DNA of 64,000 nucleotides from Alphaproteobacteria bacterium (GTDB lineage Bacteria; Pseudomonadota; Alphaproteobacteria; SP197): NCBI GenBank assembly GCA_965228895.1, contig OZ245842.1, positions 896,001 to 960,000 of the forward strand, read 5' to 3'. Shown piece by piece: positions 29,062 to 38,357 of this stretch (position 1 is its first letter; each line of letters starts with the position of its first letter). The notes under the pieces were generated by a model. It saw only the letters and a program-made list of their open reading frames with translations, ran no database searches and was not told where the DNA came from. The position numbers and the translations under genes were made by a program.

Positions 29062-30258
29062 ATGCCGCATACCTTCACCCGCGAAGAGCTCTACGAACTC
29101 GTTTGGTCCAAGCCGATAAGCAAGCTTGCAGGAGAGTTCGGCCTTTCAGATGTTGGGTTGGCCAAGGCCTGCAAGAAGGCAAACATTCCAAGACCGCCAC
29201 GCGGCTACTGGGCTAAGCTTGCCGCTGGGAAGAAGGTGTTTCGCCACGAGTTGCCTATGCGTGGACCCGGCATGTCCGATGAGGTGTTCATCGGTCGTCG
29301 GGCCGACCGGTACCGTTCCTACTGGACAAACAAGGAGATCCTAGACTCCGAGCCTGAACCACCCGTCTTTGAGGGCAGCATCGCTGATGTGGCAATGCGC
29401 GTCAAAGATATGGTCCGACGTGTCAGTGTTCCTCGTCTGCCAGATAAGGCACATCCTCAGATTCGCCGTCTACTTGAAGAGGAAGAAGAGCGTCGTCAGA
29501 AACAGGCAGCGTCCACCTATGCGTATGGCTGGGACAAACCGATCTTCGACGACAAGTTTGAAAGGCGCCGGTTGCGCGTTCTCAATGCCATTGTAACGGC
29601 TCTTCAACGGGCGGGTATGAGGCCATCTGTCAGAGGCCGAGAGGGTCGGGAGCTAGGCGTTGAAGTCAACGACACATACGTTTCTTACACGTTGGACTCG
29701 ACGAGCCAGAAACTCAATGAACACTATCGCACACCGATCGAAACGCGCGGACCGTCGAACAAACTACGGTTAGTGATTAAGCGAGTTGAACCGTCTTCTG
29801 GCATCCAATCCGATTGGGAAGACACGAATGAATTCAAACTAGAGAAACAGCTGACAGAGATCGTCTGTGCGCTGATTCTTACTGGTGAGCAATTCTACCG
29901 TGAAAGTAGGCAGTACAAGTATGAGCGGCTTGTTGAGCGCAAAGCAGAGCTGATCGAAGAGCTGCGACGCCAGAAGGAAGAAGCCGAGCGCAAGGAACGC
30001 GAACGGATTGCTGCTCTGGAGAGGGCCCGTCTGGAGAAGCTTCGTGCTGATGCAAGAGATCTCAGAGAAGCAGAGAACATTCGAAGGTTTGTGGCCGAGG
30101 TGTTGGCACTTGGAGGTAAGAGTGAGATACCGGTCAGAGCTGAGAATCTAGAGTCGTGGCGAATGTGGGCTCTTGCGCAGGCAGACAAGGTTGATCCCAT
30201 ACGATCTGGACGCTTCATCGAAGGCATACACGATGAAGCAGTCGATCGTGATTCCTAG
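29062..30258 (+). CDS. Island-associated hypothetical protein with N-terminal HTH-like domain and C-terminal coiled coil
   Basis: TREELYELVWSKP...LSDVGLAKAC...IPRPPRGYWAK N-terminus; W..WAL..AD..DP C-terminus. Confidence 0.8.
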   Translation: MPHTFTREELYELVWSKPISKLAGEFGLSDVGLAKACKKANIPRPPRGYWAKLAAGKKVFRHELPMRGPGMSDEVFIGRRADRYRSYWTNKEILDSEPEPPVFEGSIADVAMRVKDMVRRVSVPRLPDKAHPQIRRLLEEEEERRQKQAASTYAYGWDKPIFDDKFERRRLRVLNAIVTALQRAGMRPSVRGREGRELGVEVNDTYVSYTLDSTSQKLNEHYRTPIETRGPSNKLRLVIKRVEPSSGIQSDWEDTNEFKLEKQLTEIVCALILTGEQFYRESRQYKYERLVERKAELIEELRRQKEEAERKERERIAALERARLEKLRADARDLREAENIRRFVAEVLALGGKSEIPVRAENLESWRMWALAQADKVDPIRSGRFIEGIHDEAVDRDS

Positions 30259-30294
30259 ATCGCAAGGCAGAAATCAGAGACGTGATCGATTATT

Positions 30295-32976
30295 GTGGAT
30301 GCAATGCATGAGATCACGTTCAAGCCAGCTCCGCTCGCTAAGCTCTTACGTTTCTCTAGTGACTGGAGAGAGGTGCGTATTACCAGCGAAGGAATTCATG
30401 TGCGGACTCGTCGCTCAACAGTCACTACGCTGTTCTCGCAGATAACGCGCATTCGGAGACGCTATTCATTCCCCTTCGCAAAAGTGGAGCTTATCACCAC
30501 GACCGAAGAGAGGGTGATACTAGGTGGCATAAGACCCAAAGATGCGACTCTTCTGTCGTCCCAACTTCGCGAGTTCTTCAAACGCTACGCGAGTTCGTAT
30601 CTGTCACAATGTGCGACTCAGATTCGGGCGACCCGAAAGGCGATTGATGACGTCCTTAGCACACAACAGTACGTTGCAGCCTCTCAAGCGAACCGTTTGG
30701 TCGAAGCTTGCCGTCAGCACGCCTTTCTCCTGAATTCGGACCTTCCTGACGAAGTCTTGGGCCATGCCGAGGCTGACCTCGACGTCATGTCTGATTTCTT
30801 TCGTCATTCGGATCGGCTACGGAACGCAGCCAATGAGCGCTTTCTGGACGTTGAGGCAGAGTCGTGCGCCAGCCTTTTCGATCGGGTCGAATCATTGCCG
30901 CTGACTAACGATCAACGGCGTGCCGCGCTCACGGCTGAAGACAATACTCTAGTCGTCGCGGGTGCAGGCTCTGGAAAGACGAGTGTCATCGTTGCAAAGG
31001 TTGCCTATCAGCTACATCGCGGACTGCTTCGACCCGAGGAGATTCTCGCACTGGCGTTCTCCAGGGAAGCCAAGAACGAACTCGAGCAACGCTTCAAGCG
31101 TCGACTAGGTAAGTCCATTCAGGCAAGCACGTTCCATGCCCTTGGACTTGGTATCATCTCCCAAGCCGAGGCTAGAAAGCCAGACGTATCGGTCTTGGCG
31201 ACGGACCAAGCCAAGCTACTTCGGTTTATTCAGGACGCAATAGAACGAGCCTATCTCGATGATAGAACTTTGAGGAACAAGCTTAATCGTTGGCTCAACA
31301 GACACTTTGCTCCGTACAAGCCGGCATCGGCCTTCAAAGACAAGGTCGACTATTGGGAGTACCTCCGAAATCAAGAGATCAGGTCGTTATCTGGCGCTCT
31401 CGTGAAGAGCTATGAGGAGTGCGAGATCGCCGACTTCCTTTATCTGAATGGCGTTCAGTTTGAGTACGAAGCTCCTTACGAACGAGACACATTCACTGCA
31501 GAAAGGCGACAGTACAAACCCGACTTCAAGATCGGATCATCGGGTCTGTACATTGAGCACTTTGCAATCAACAAGGCTGGTCGGACGCCGGAGTTTATCG
31601 ATCACGAAGAGTACACTGCATCAATGGAGTGGAAACGGCAGATCCACAAAGAGTACGACACCGGCCTCATTGAGACTTACAGCTGGCAACATGCAGACGG
31701 AACTCTCCTTACTGCACTTACAGATGCTCTTCAGAGAGAAGGCATTGAGCTTTGCCCAATTTCACCTGAAGCCGAACTTGCAATGCTCAAACAGTTGGGA
31801 CGTGTCTCCAGGCTCGCATCGTTGGCGGGAACGTTCCTCAGTCATCAAAAGTCGGGTCGTTTGGACCACACGACTCTCGTCGAAAGAGCCAAGGCATCAG
31901 CCGATCAAGCACGGAACCTCGCGTTCTTGGACGTCTATCAGATTGTCCTTGATGCGTACGAAGGAGCATTGGGTTCTGCGCACGAAATCGACTTCAACGA
32001 CATGATAAATGACGCGGCGGACGCAGTGCTTGCGGGCAAGTTCAAGCCGCCCTGGCGCCTTATCCTCATCGATGAGTTTCAAGACATTAGCCAGAGCCGC
32101 GCGCGGCTTGTTAGAGCACTGCATGAACAGGATGGAGAAAGCCGTCTTTTTGTCGTTGGTGACGATTGGCAAGCAATCTATCGCTTTGCCGGCGCAGACA
32201 TCGCTGTCATGCGCGAGTTCGAGAGTATTTTTGGAACCCAGGCAACTGTTGAGCTCAATGACACCTTTCGCTTTGGCAAGACACTAGCCGAGATCTCGGC
32301 GAACTTTGTCAGAAAGAATCCAGTTCAGACTCAACGAACAATTCGATCATCGAAGGATGCAAGACCCGCAGTCGTGATCATTCAGCAGTCCCAGAAAGTT
32401 CAAGACCCTCTATGGGCTGCTTTGAATGACATACATCGTCAGCTCGGTGGAGAAGAGGCCACGATCCTTGTTCTTGGTCGGTATCATCGTAGTCGGCCGA
32501 CTGAGTTGGATTACTGGCGGGAACGGTTCCCACTGTTGGAGATCAGCTATCGCACAGTTCATGCGGCCAAGGGTCTTGAGGCCGACTTCGTGATCGTTGT
32601 CGAAATGGTCAATGGTAAGTTTGGTTTCCCAAGTGAGATTCTGGACGACCCAGTGCTCGGTCTCGTTCTTTCGGCGGAAGATCGATATCCCAACGCAGAA
32701 GAACGGAGACTGTTTTACGTCGCATTGACTCGTGCTCGGAGGACTGCATACGTGCTCACGGATGCAGATGAGTCGGTGTTCGTACACGAGCTAAAGATGG
32801 CTGACGGTGTATGTGTACTCGAAGGAGATGGCCCGAATGGTAGAAACTGCCCATCCTGCAAGAAAGGAAATCTTGTCCCGCGGCAAGGCAAGTTCGGTTC
32901 GTTTCTTGGATGTACGAACTACCCCTATTGCCGATTCACTACCGGCGAGATTAAACGACCTGCTGGCGGAACTTAA
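30295..32976 (+). CDS. helD: DNA helicase IV-like UvrD helicase with inserted nuclease-like domain and C-terminal Zn ribbon
   Basis: AGAGSGKT, IDEFQD, VGDDWQAIYRF, TVHAAKGLE, EERRLFYVALTRA; insert KSYEE..IADFL...YKPDF...YIEHF; CPSC...FLGCTNYPYC. Confidence 0.88.
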   Translation: MDAMHEITFKPAPLAKLLRFSSDWREVRITSEGIHVRTRRSTVTTLFSQITRIRRRYSFPFAKVELITTTEERVILGGIRPKDATLLSSQLREFFKRYASSYLSQCATQIRATRKAIDDVLSTQQYVAASQANRLVEACRQHAFLLNSDLPDEVLGHAEADLDVMSDFFRHSDRLRNAANERFLDVEAESCASLFDRVESLPLTNDQRRAALTAEDNTLVVAGAGSGKTSVIVAKVAYQLHRGLLRPEEILALAFSREAKNELEQRFKRRLGKSIQASTFHALGLGIISQAEARKPDVSVLATDQAKLLRFIQDAIERAYLDDRTLRNKLNRWLNRHFAPYKPASAFKDKVDYWEYLRNQEIRSLSGALVKSYEECEIADFLYLNGVQFEYEAPYERDTFTAERRQYKPDFKIGSSGLYIEHFAINKAGRTPEFIDHEEYTASMEWKRQIHKEYDTGLIETYSWQHADGTLLTALTDALQREGIELCPISPEAELAMLKQLGRVSRLASLAGTFLSHQKSGRLDHTTLVERAKASADQARNLAFLDVYQIVLDAYEGALGSAHEIDFNDMINDAADAVLAGKFKPPWRLILIDEFQDISQSRARLVRALHEQDGESRLFVVGDDWQAIYRFAGADIAVMREFESIFGTQATVELNDTFRFGKTLAEISANFVRKNPVQTQRTIRSSKDARPAVVIIQQSQKVQDPLWAALNDIHRQLGGEEATILVLGRYHRSRPTELDYWRERFPLLEISYRTVHAAKGLEADFVIVVEMVNGKFGFPSEILDDPVLGLVLSAEDRYPNAEERRLFYVALTRARRTAYVLTDADESVFVHELKMADGVCVLEGDGPNGRNCPSCKKGNLVPRQGKFGSFLGCTNYPYCRFTTGEIKRPAGGT

Positions 32977-33266
32977 CCGACGATCTATGCCGCCAAACGC
33001 TCTGACCTCATCGGTCGGTTGTCGCTGATGTAGTCTTGCCTAACTGCAGACTCATCGTTTGTAACTATAGACGATCCCAAATAAGCAAAGCGGGCGTAGG
33101 TGAGAAGGTGCATTTCGCCGTCGCCGAATTTGTTGTTGTTGAGACGCCGAGAAAGTCCGAAGGTAGTTGCTACTTTGGCTGCTGCCCATGCCAATGGCTG
33201 TAGTCGTTGCTGAGGTGGCTGTTCGCAAGAGAACAGTTAGACATAACGAATAGGCTCTCTTTGCCC

Positions 33267-34010
33267 ATGAAAGCGAGTACAATTGGCGAACTGAAAAAGA
33301 ATGGGAAGCCGGACAACAAATGTTCTGACTGCCTGTTCTTGGACATTGACATTGTTTCAAAGTCGAAAAAGAAGGCGGATTTGCTGGTCACGGCTTTTTT
33401 TAACTACGAGTGCGTTCAAGTTATTGGTGGGGAGTTGATATTTGGTTTGAAGGGGGGAGACCTCAGAATTTTAGGTGAAGGAGTAGAACTAAAAGAACAC
33501 ATCGTTCTCAGCGACTTTAGCTGGAAGGTTGATAAGCAGACGAGAACTGCGGTGAAGATGGGCAAGAAGGAAGCCAGCTCGGTTTCTGCTGGTGCCAAAG
33601 TGACCGGGTCGGGCCCAGGAGGCTCGGCCAACCTGTCCTCATCTTCAGAGGCATCAGAGGAGGCCGGACAAGAAGATCAGGCCAGCTACCAGGTTTGGCA
33701 GGCCACTGCATTGAATGGGGAAAATCCAGGTTGGAGATTCCTTATCAAAACAGGAGAACACTATCTGGACGGCAATATATCGAAACAGTCATTTGGGCGA
33801 CTAAAGGGTGACGAAAACGTATGCTCTTTGTTGGTGCGTTTCACGACCGAGCAGCGACACGTTTACGTTGATGTGACTGCGGGCGCTTTGTGGAACAGGG
33901 GAGATAGAGATATTCGAAGATTCAAAGTCGCAAACTTGTACCTGTGGCATCAGGTAATCAAGCCGTTGGTTGCTCCGTATGTTAGCCAGGTTCAGTTTGT
34001 GAGCAACTGA
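33267..34010 (+). CDS. Hypothetical beta-rich protein with a Ser/Gly/Ala-rich amphipathic hairpin (possible pore-forming fold)
   Basis: FGLKGGDLRI...KEASSVSAGAKVTGSGPGGSANLSSSSEASEE...PGWRF; stop is 1 nt before the next ATG. Start is uncertain (33207-33267). Confidence 0.7.
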   Translation: MKASTIGELKKNGKPDNKCSDCLFLDIDIVSKSKKKADLLVTAFFNYECVQVIGGELIFGLKGGDLRILGEGVELKEHIVLSDFSWKVDKQTRTAVKMGKKEASSVSAGAKVTGSGPGGSANLSSSSEASEEAGQEDQASYQVWQATALNGENPGWRFLIKTGEHYLDGNISKQSFGRLKGDENVCSLLVRFTTEQRHVYVDVTAGALWNRGDRDIRRFKVANLYLWHQVIKPLVAPYVSQVQFVSN

Positions 34011-34011
34011 C

Positions 34012-35118
34012 ATGCCGGACGAGACTTCCAAAGATGTCCTCAACACGCTCAATCGGATCTACTCGGATCCAGTTGAGCGATTTCATGACCTTCTCGAGAT
34101 TGCCGGGCTTAATTTAGAGACAGATCTGGTTGGCTCGGATCTAAGTGAGATCGACTTTTCCCTGGAAGATTTGTCGAAAGCTGATTTCTCAAAGTGTGAC
34201 CTAAGCAAATGTAACTTCGCTGCAACGAGACTAGTCGGCGCCTTAATGTGTAGTGCGGATTTGGAATTCGCTGTGTTTCGTAATGCAGATCTGACATTGG
34301 CCAATTTTGATTCGGCCAATCTCAATGGTGCGGATTTTACGAACGCAAATCTAGCGGGAGCCAGTTTTCGTGATGTCGATCTTAGTGGCATCCATTTCGA
34401 TGAAGATGTCAGTGAGAAAGTAAAGTCAAGAGAGGCAACAAGCGCTGAAGCAGGTTCTGTGCATTCGCTGGAGGTCCCTTATCGCGAAACGATTAGTGAT
34501 GAGACCACAACTGAATCTGTTTTCAAGAAGCAGATGGGAGGCGCTGGACAGTTTGCTCGTGTAAAGGTCATCTTTGAACCCGGTCAGCCAGGCAGCGGTA
34601 TTGTCTTCAAGAGTGCGATCACGGGGGGAAGCATACCAAGGGAGTTTATTCCCTCCGTTGAGGCCGGAATTAGGAAGGCTGCTGTGGAAGGGCCCTTGGG
34701 ATTCCCTGCGGTTGACTTCGTGGCGACCCTTGTTGACGGACTGTCGCATGATGTTGATTCAAGCGCGCTCGCATTTGAGACAGCGGGCAGGATAGCATTT
34801 CGTGAAGGTGCAGGCAGCGCCAGACCTAGGCTGTTAGAGCCGATCATGCAACTTGACGTCTTAGCTCCAGCAGCGAACGAGAACGAGGTTGTTGCCGACA
34901 TCGAAAGCCGTCGCGGAAAGATTGAAGAGATCGGCACAAGTGGCAGGCTAGTGATGGTCAAGGCGAAAGTACCGCTCGCGAACATGACTGGCTATGAACA
35001 ATTCTTGAGATCGCTCACTGCAGAAGAAGCTTCGTTCCGTATGAGGTATGACTCTTACGAGTTCGTACCATCAAGGCTTCAGAACGACATCATTGCGGAC
35101 TCTGCGCAAAGTGCATAG
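34012..35118 (+). CDS. Pentapeptide-repeat protein fused to elongation factor G domains IV-V
   Basis: About aa 40-128 are (A/S)(D/N)(L/F)xx repeats. From 34474: VPYRETI...KKQMGGAGQFARV...GGSIPREFIP...DGLSHDVDSSALAF...LLEPIM...SRRGKI...VPLANM...LRSLT, i.e. the EF-G C-terminus. No GTPase domain. Confidence 0.92.
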   Translation: MPDETSKDVLNTLNRIYSDPVERFHDLLEIAGLNLETDLVGSDLSEIDFSLEDLSKADFSKCDLSKCNFAATRLVGALMCSADLEFAVFRNADLTLANFDSANLNGADFTNANLAGASFRDVDLSGIHFDEDVSEKVKSREATSAEAGSVHSLEVPYRETISDETTTESVFKKQMGGAGQFARVKVIFEPGQPGSGIVFKSAITGGSIPREFIPSVEAGIRKAAVEGPLGFPAVDFVATLVDGLSHDVDSSALAFETAGRIAFREGAGSARPRLLEPIMQLDVLAPAANENEVVADIESRRGKIEEIGTSGRLVMVKAKVPLANMTGYEQFLRSLTAEEASFRMRYDSYEFVPSRLQNDIIADSAQSA

Positions 35119-35496
35119 CGAGGCTGGTTTCTTGGTAGCACACTCGGCGAGTGGTTCGACCGTGCACAAATACGGCCACTCCGCTGTGTCCGCTGGCAAT
35201 GTCAAAGGGAATTGGCCTCCCAATCTTCAAGAGACGGCAATTCAGGGTGAATAAAGAATTCTCAGTCTCGCGTAGGTACAAGCTCCGAAGGCGATGAAGG
35301 CAAGGTCTGATGTCGAAGCGGCACATCCCACGAGTTTTGGTCGCGAGGACGAGTTTCATCGCCATAGAATTCCACGAAAGCTACGATACAAATTAAGACT
35401 GAAGAGCAAACCGAGTCACAAAGTTGATGCGCGGGCCAGATCGATGCCGCCCGCGCATCAGGTCGGCTACGTCACCTTTGTTGACGGAACAATCAA

Positions 35497-36081
35497 TTAG
35501 TCATCGCCGGGCTTATCGGTCTCATCGTCTTCTGAGGAATCATCGTCATCACGATCGGCAAACACGGACTCCAAATACCTTGTCCAATCTTGGTCTTGGG
35601 AGCTGTACTGGCCCGGATAGTAGAAGTTCAGAACTCGTCTGAGCTCGTTGATTTCAGCGAGAACTGCCTCCGGGATTCTGTCAATGTTGCTGTTCTCGCC
35701 AAAATACTTCCCTACGAGCCCGTCATAGTGAGCAACAAGCTCGGCGATCGTCTTGTCTTGCTCTTTGATGCGATTGAGAAGATCCCGAGTTGCATAGACA
35801 CTGCCTGCCATGGCCTTCTCAAACTCCTTGAGGTGCAACGCCTCGTACCGAGTCAAATTGACTGTCTCACCGTTGACCTTCATTTCGACAAGTGTGTTGG
35901 CGAAGACACGGAGGTCGGCATCGGTGATGCCCATTTCTCGTCCGTTCACCTTAGGCTTTCCACGCCGGCCGGCCCGATTGGGACAGTGACCGGGTAGCCA
36001 GCGACCTCTCTCATCACGGCCTGTCTGACGGCCAGCCTGATCGTTCTTGTTGTCAACGTCATATGGATCACGGTCATCCAT
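35497..36081 (-). CDS. DUF5681-like protein
   Basis: GRWLPGHCPNRAGR resembles the (F/W)xxGxSGNPxGR motif; KAMAGSVYA; sits downstream of the ParB-methylase as in related alphaproteobacterial elements. Confidence 0.65.
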   Translation of the reverse strand: MDDRDPYDVDNKNDQAGRQTGRDERGRWLPGHCPNRAGRRGKPKVNGREMGITDADLRVFANTLVEMKVNGETVNLTRYEALHLKEFEKAMAGSVYATRDLLNRIKEQDKTIAELVAHYDGLVGKYFGENSNIDRIPEAVLAEINELRRVLNFYYPGQYSSQDQDWTRYLESVFADRDDDDSSEDDETDKPGDD

Positions 36082-36169
36082 GTGATTGTCCTTTTCATGG
36101 TGTAGTGCCGATGCCCTGTTAGTTGGCTTGGGCAGGACGTTGGGCGATGCCATATCGGCACTTAACCTC

Positions 36170-37591
36170 TTATCGTCCTGACCCAACATCGGGCGAGCCG
36201 GCATCGGCCGCGGAGGGCTCGCCTGAGGTATTCGATTGGTCCATGATCTGGTCTTCGAGTTCCTCGAAGACATGGCCGGTTTCGACGCGAACGGCATACT
36301 TGCCCGTATAGGCCTGCCAACGCCGAATGATCGTGTCACAGTAGAGAGGATCGAGCTCGATCACTCGGGCACAGCGGCCCGTCTTTTCGGCGGCGATGAC
36401 GGTGGTGCCGGAACCGGCAAAGGGATCGAGGACGATCTGTTTGCGGTTTGAACAGTCCTTGATGGCGTCAGCGACCAAGGCAACCGGCTTGACCGTCGGG
36501 TGCATGGCCAATGTCTCGTCGCGATCGCGTCCGAAGCTGTTGACGCCGGCATACTCCCACACATTCGTGCGGTAGCGCCCGGTTTGGCCGAGCTCGAAGT
36601 TATTGATGTGAGGTTCTGTGCCGTTTTTGAACGCCAGCACCATCTCATGGCGTGAGCGATAGAACGTGCCCATGCCGCCATTACCTTTGACCCACACACA
36701 GACGTTCTTGAGATCGTCATAGACCGCTTTGCCGGCCGCCCAGGTCTCGGCCAGGTGGCGCCAATCCATAAACACAAAGTGAATGGAGCCGTCGACTGAA
36801 TAGGCCGCCAGATGGCCGAATACGCCCTCCAGAAAGGCCCGGAAGGCCTCAGACGACATTTCGCCTGCGGCCATGGCAAATTCGCGATGCTGGACTTTTC
36901 CGAGACCCGACACGTGCCCCTTGATCGGGACGTTGTACGGAGGGTCGGTGATGATGAGAGACGCCTTGGTATCGCCTAGCAGGCGCTCGTAGGATCCGGC
37001 ATCAGTTGAATCTCCGCACAGCAGCCGATGATGGCCGAGCTGCCAGAGGTCGCCGGACCGTGTTACCGCGATCCCGGCATTGGGGATCGCCGGAACCTCG
37101 TCCTCGGTGTTCTTCTCAGGCGCGTCGGCTTCTGCCGCACCGTCAAGAACCTTGTCCACTTCGGCCATGGCAAAGCCGGTCAGCTGGACCGAAAAGTCGC
37201 TTTCGATGAGGCCCTCGAACTCGATCGCGAGCATCTCGCGGTCCCATCCGGCCTCCTCGGCCAGGCGATTATCAGCCAGGATGTAGGCCCGCTTCTCGGT
37301 CTCGCTCAGGTGTTCAATGCGCAAGGTCGGCACGACCGTCCAACCAAGCAGCTTTGCCGCGGCCACCCTGCCGTGGCCCGCCATGATCTGGTTGTTCTCG
37401 TCGATCAGCACCGGGTTGACGAAGCCGAAGCGTTCGATCGAGGCGGCGATCTTCTTGATCTGCCGGCGCGAGTGGGTGCGGGCGTTGCGCGGATAGGGCT
37501 TGAGCGCCGCGATGGCGGCCACCACTGTGCCCTCGGGCCAGGTGGGCTGCAGGGGCACCGTGTCAGGCTTACGTTTGGCGATAGTCATCAA
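36170..37591 (-). CDS. ParB-like domain + N4/N6 DNA methyltransferase
   Basis: PYPRNARTH...IMAGHGRV...ADNRLAE (ParB); TDPPYN, HPTVKP, LDPFAGSGTT, IELDPLYCD. Confidence 0.93.
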   Translation of the reverse strand: MMTIAKRKPDTVPLQPTWPEGTVVAAIAALKPYPRNARTHSRRQIKKIAASIERFGFVNPVLIDENNQIMAGHGRVAAAKLLGWTVVPTLRIEHLSETEKRAYILADNRLAEEAGWDREMLAIEFEGLIESDFSVQLTGFAMAEVDKVLDGAAEADAPEKNTEDEVPAIPNAGIAVTRSGDLWQLGHHRLLCGDSTDAGSYERLLGDTKASLIITDPPYNVPIKGHVSGLGKVQHREFAMAAGEMSSEAFRAFLEGVFGHLAAYSVDGSIHFVFMDWRHLAETWAAGKAVYDDLKNVCVWVKGNGGMGTFYRSRHEMVLAFKNGTEPHINNFELGQTGRYRTNVWEYAGVNSFGRDRDETLAMHPTVKPVALVADAIKDCSNRKQIVLDPFAGSGTTVIAAEKTGRCARVIELDPLYCDTIIRRWQAYTGKYAVRVETGHVFEELEDQIMDQSNTSGEPSAADAGSPDVGSGR

Positions 37592-37652
37592 TATGACCCC
37601 AATAGGGGTTGAATTTAGGCCGAAGGATGCAATACCAGATCATCATCGCCTC

Positions 37653-38357
37653 CTAGGCCTTGGGGCGGCCGCGATGGATGTCCGGCGCGGCTTCGAGAAA
37701 GGCCTCGACGGACTCGGCCAAAGCGGCGACCTCTATAACCGTCACCGCGCGGCGACGATTTGGCATGAGATCGTTGAGTTCTTCGCACAGTGCAGTGACA
37801 CCGTCACGGAAGATGGGTTCAAGGAACACCGGGCCTGTATGACGTTTACTTTGAGCAGGCGAGATGACCTCTTTCACTTCGACCTTTTGCAAGACAGCAA
37901 AGACCCGCTTGTCGGCAAAACGGCGACCTTTGTGCTGATAGAACGGCAGGTCAGGATAGCGATCGGCGGGATAGCGTTGGCGGCTGGTTAGCGACGGTGG
38001 GGCAACAAGCTTGGAATGTTGCACCTCCAGCTCAGACCGCAGGTAACGCAGCAAAAAGACGATCTCGGCCTGCTTGAAGCCAGCGTCCAGCAGATCGAGC
38101 GCAATGGCCAGGCAAAGGCCATCGACGGCGCTGTAGGCCGTTTCCAAGGTCTCTGGATCCGGATCCGGCGCAAAGGCATAGTCAGCATCTGACTGGGCTT
38201 CGACGTTGCTGACATCGAGATTGCGGTCAATTTCCAGTAGGCGCTTGATGCGCGTGCGAAAGACCTTGGGGACATCGTCGATGTCGACGCGGCTGCGGAT
38301 GAAGCTGCACCACAGCGCCCACTCGAGTTGTCCGCGACCATAGGTCTTTGCAACCAT
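37653..38357 (-). CDS. Hypothetical protein of the mobile element (possible MerR-like DNA binder)
   Basis: Coherent ORF (TYGRGQLEWALW...RIKRLLEIDR...LDLLDAGFKQAEIV...RGRPKA) directly upstream of the methylase. Confidence 0.65.
   Translation of the reverse strand: MVAKTYGRGQLEWALWCSFIRSRVDIDDVPKVFRTRIKRLLEIDRNLDVSNVEAQSDADYAFAPDPDPETLETAYSAVDGLCLAIALDLLDAGFKQAEIVFLLRYLRSELEVQHSKLVAPPSLTSRQRYPADRYPDLPFYQHKGRRFADKRVFAVLQKVEVKEVISPAQSKRHTGPVFLEPIFRDGVTALCEELNDLMPNRRRAVTVIEVAALAESVEAFLEAAPDIHRGRPKA

Noticed and set aside
30295-32976. Gabija GajB
   Set aside because: No adjacent OLD/TOPRIM GajA gene; size and domain layout fit helicase IV-like proteins.
34120-34400. Qnr/MfpA-type quinolone resistance gene
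   Set aside because: The repeat tract is only about 90 aa, flanked by unrelated domains, and shows no Qnr-specific features that I can recognise.
34474-35118. Calling this fusA, a fusA pseudogene or a Tet(M)/Tet(O) ribosomal protection protein
   Set aside because: There is no GTPase domain or domains II-III, no rpsL/rpsG/tuf context and no upstream fusA remnants. The fragment is in frame with pentapeptide repeats and starts at a domain boundary.
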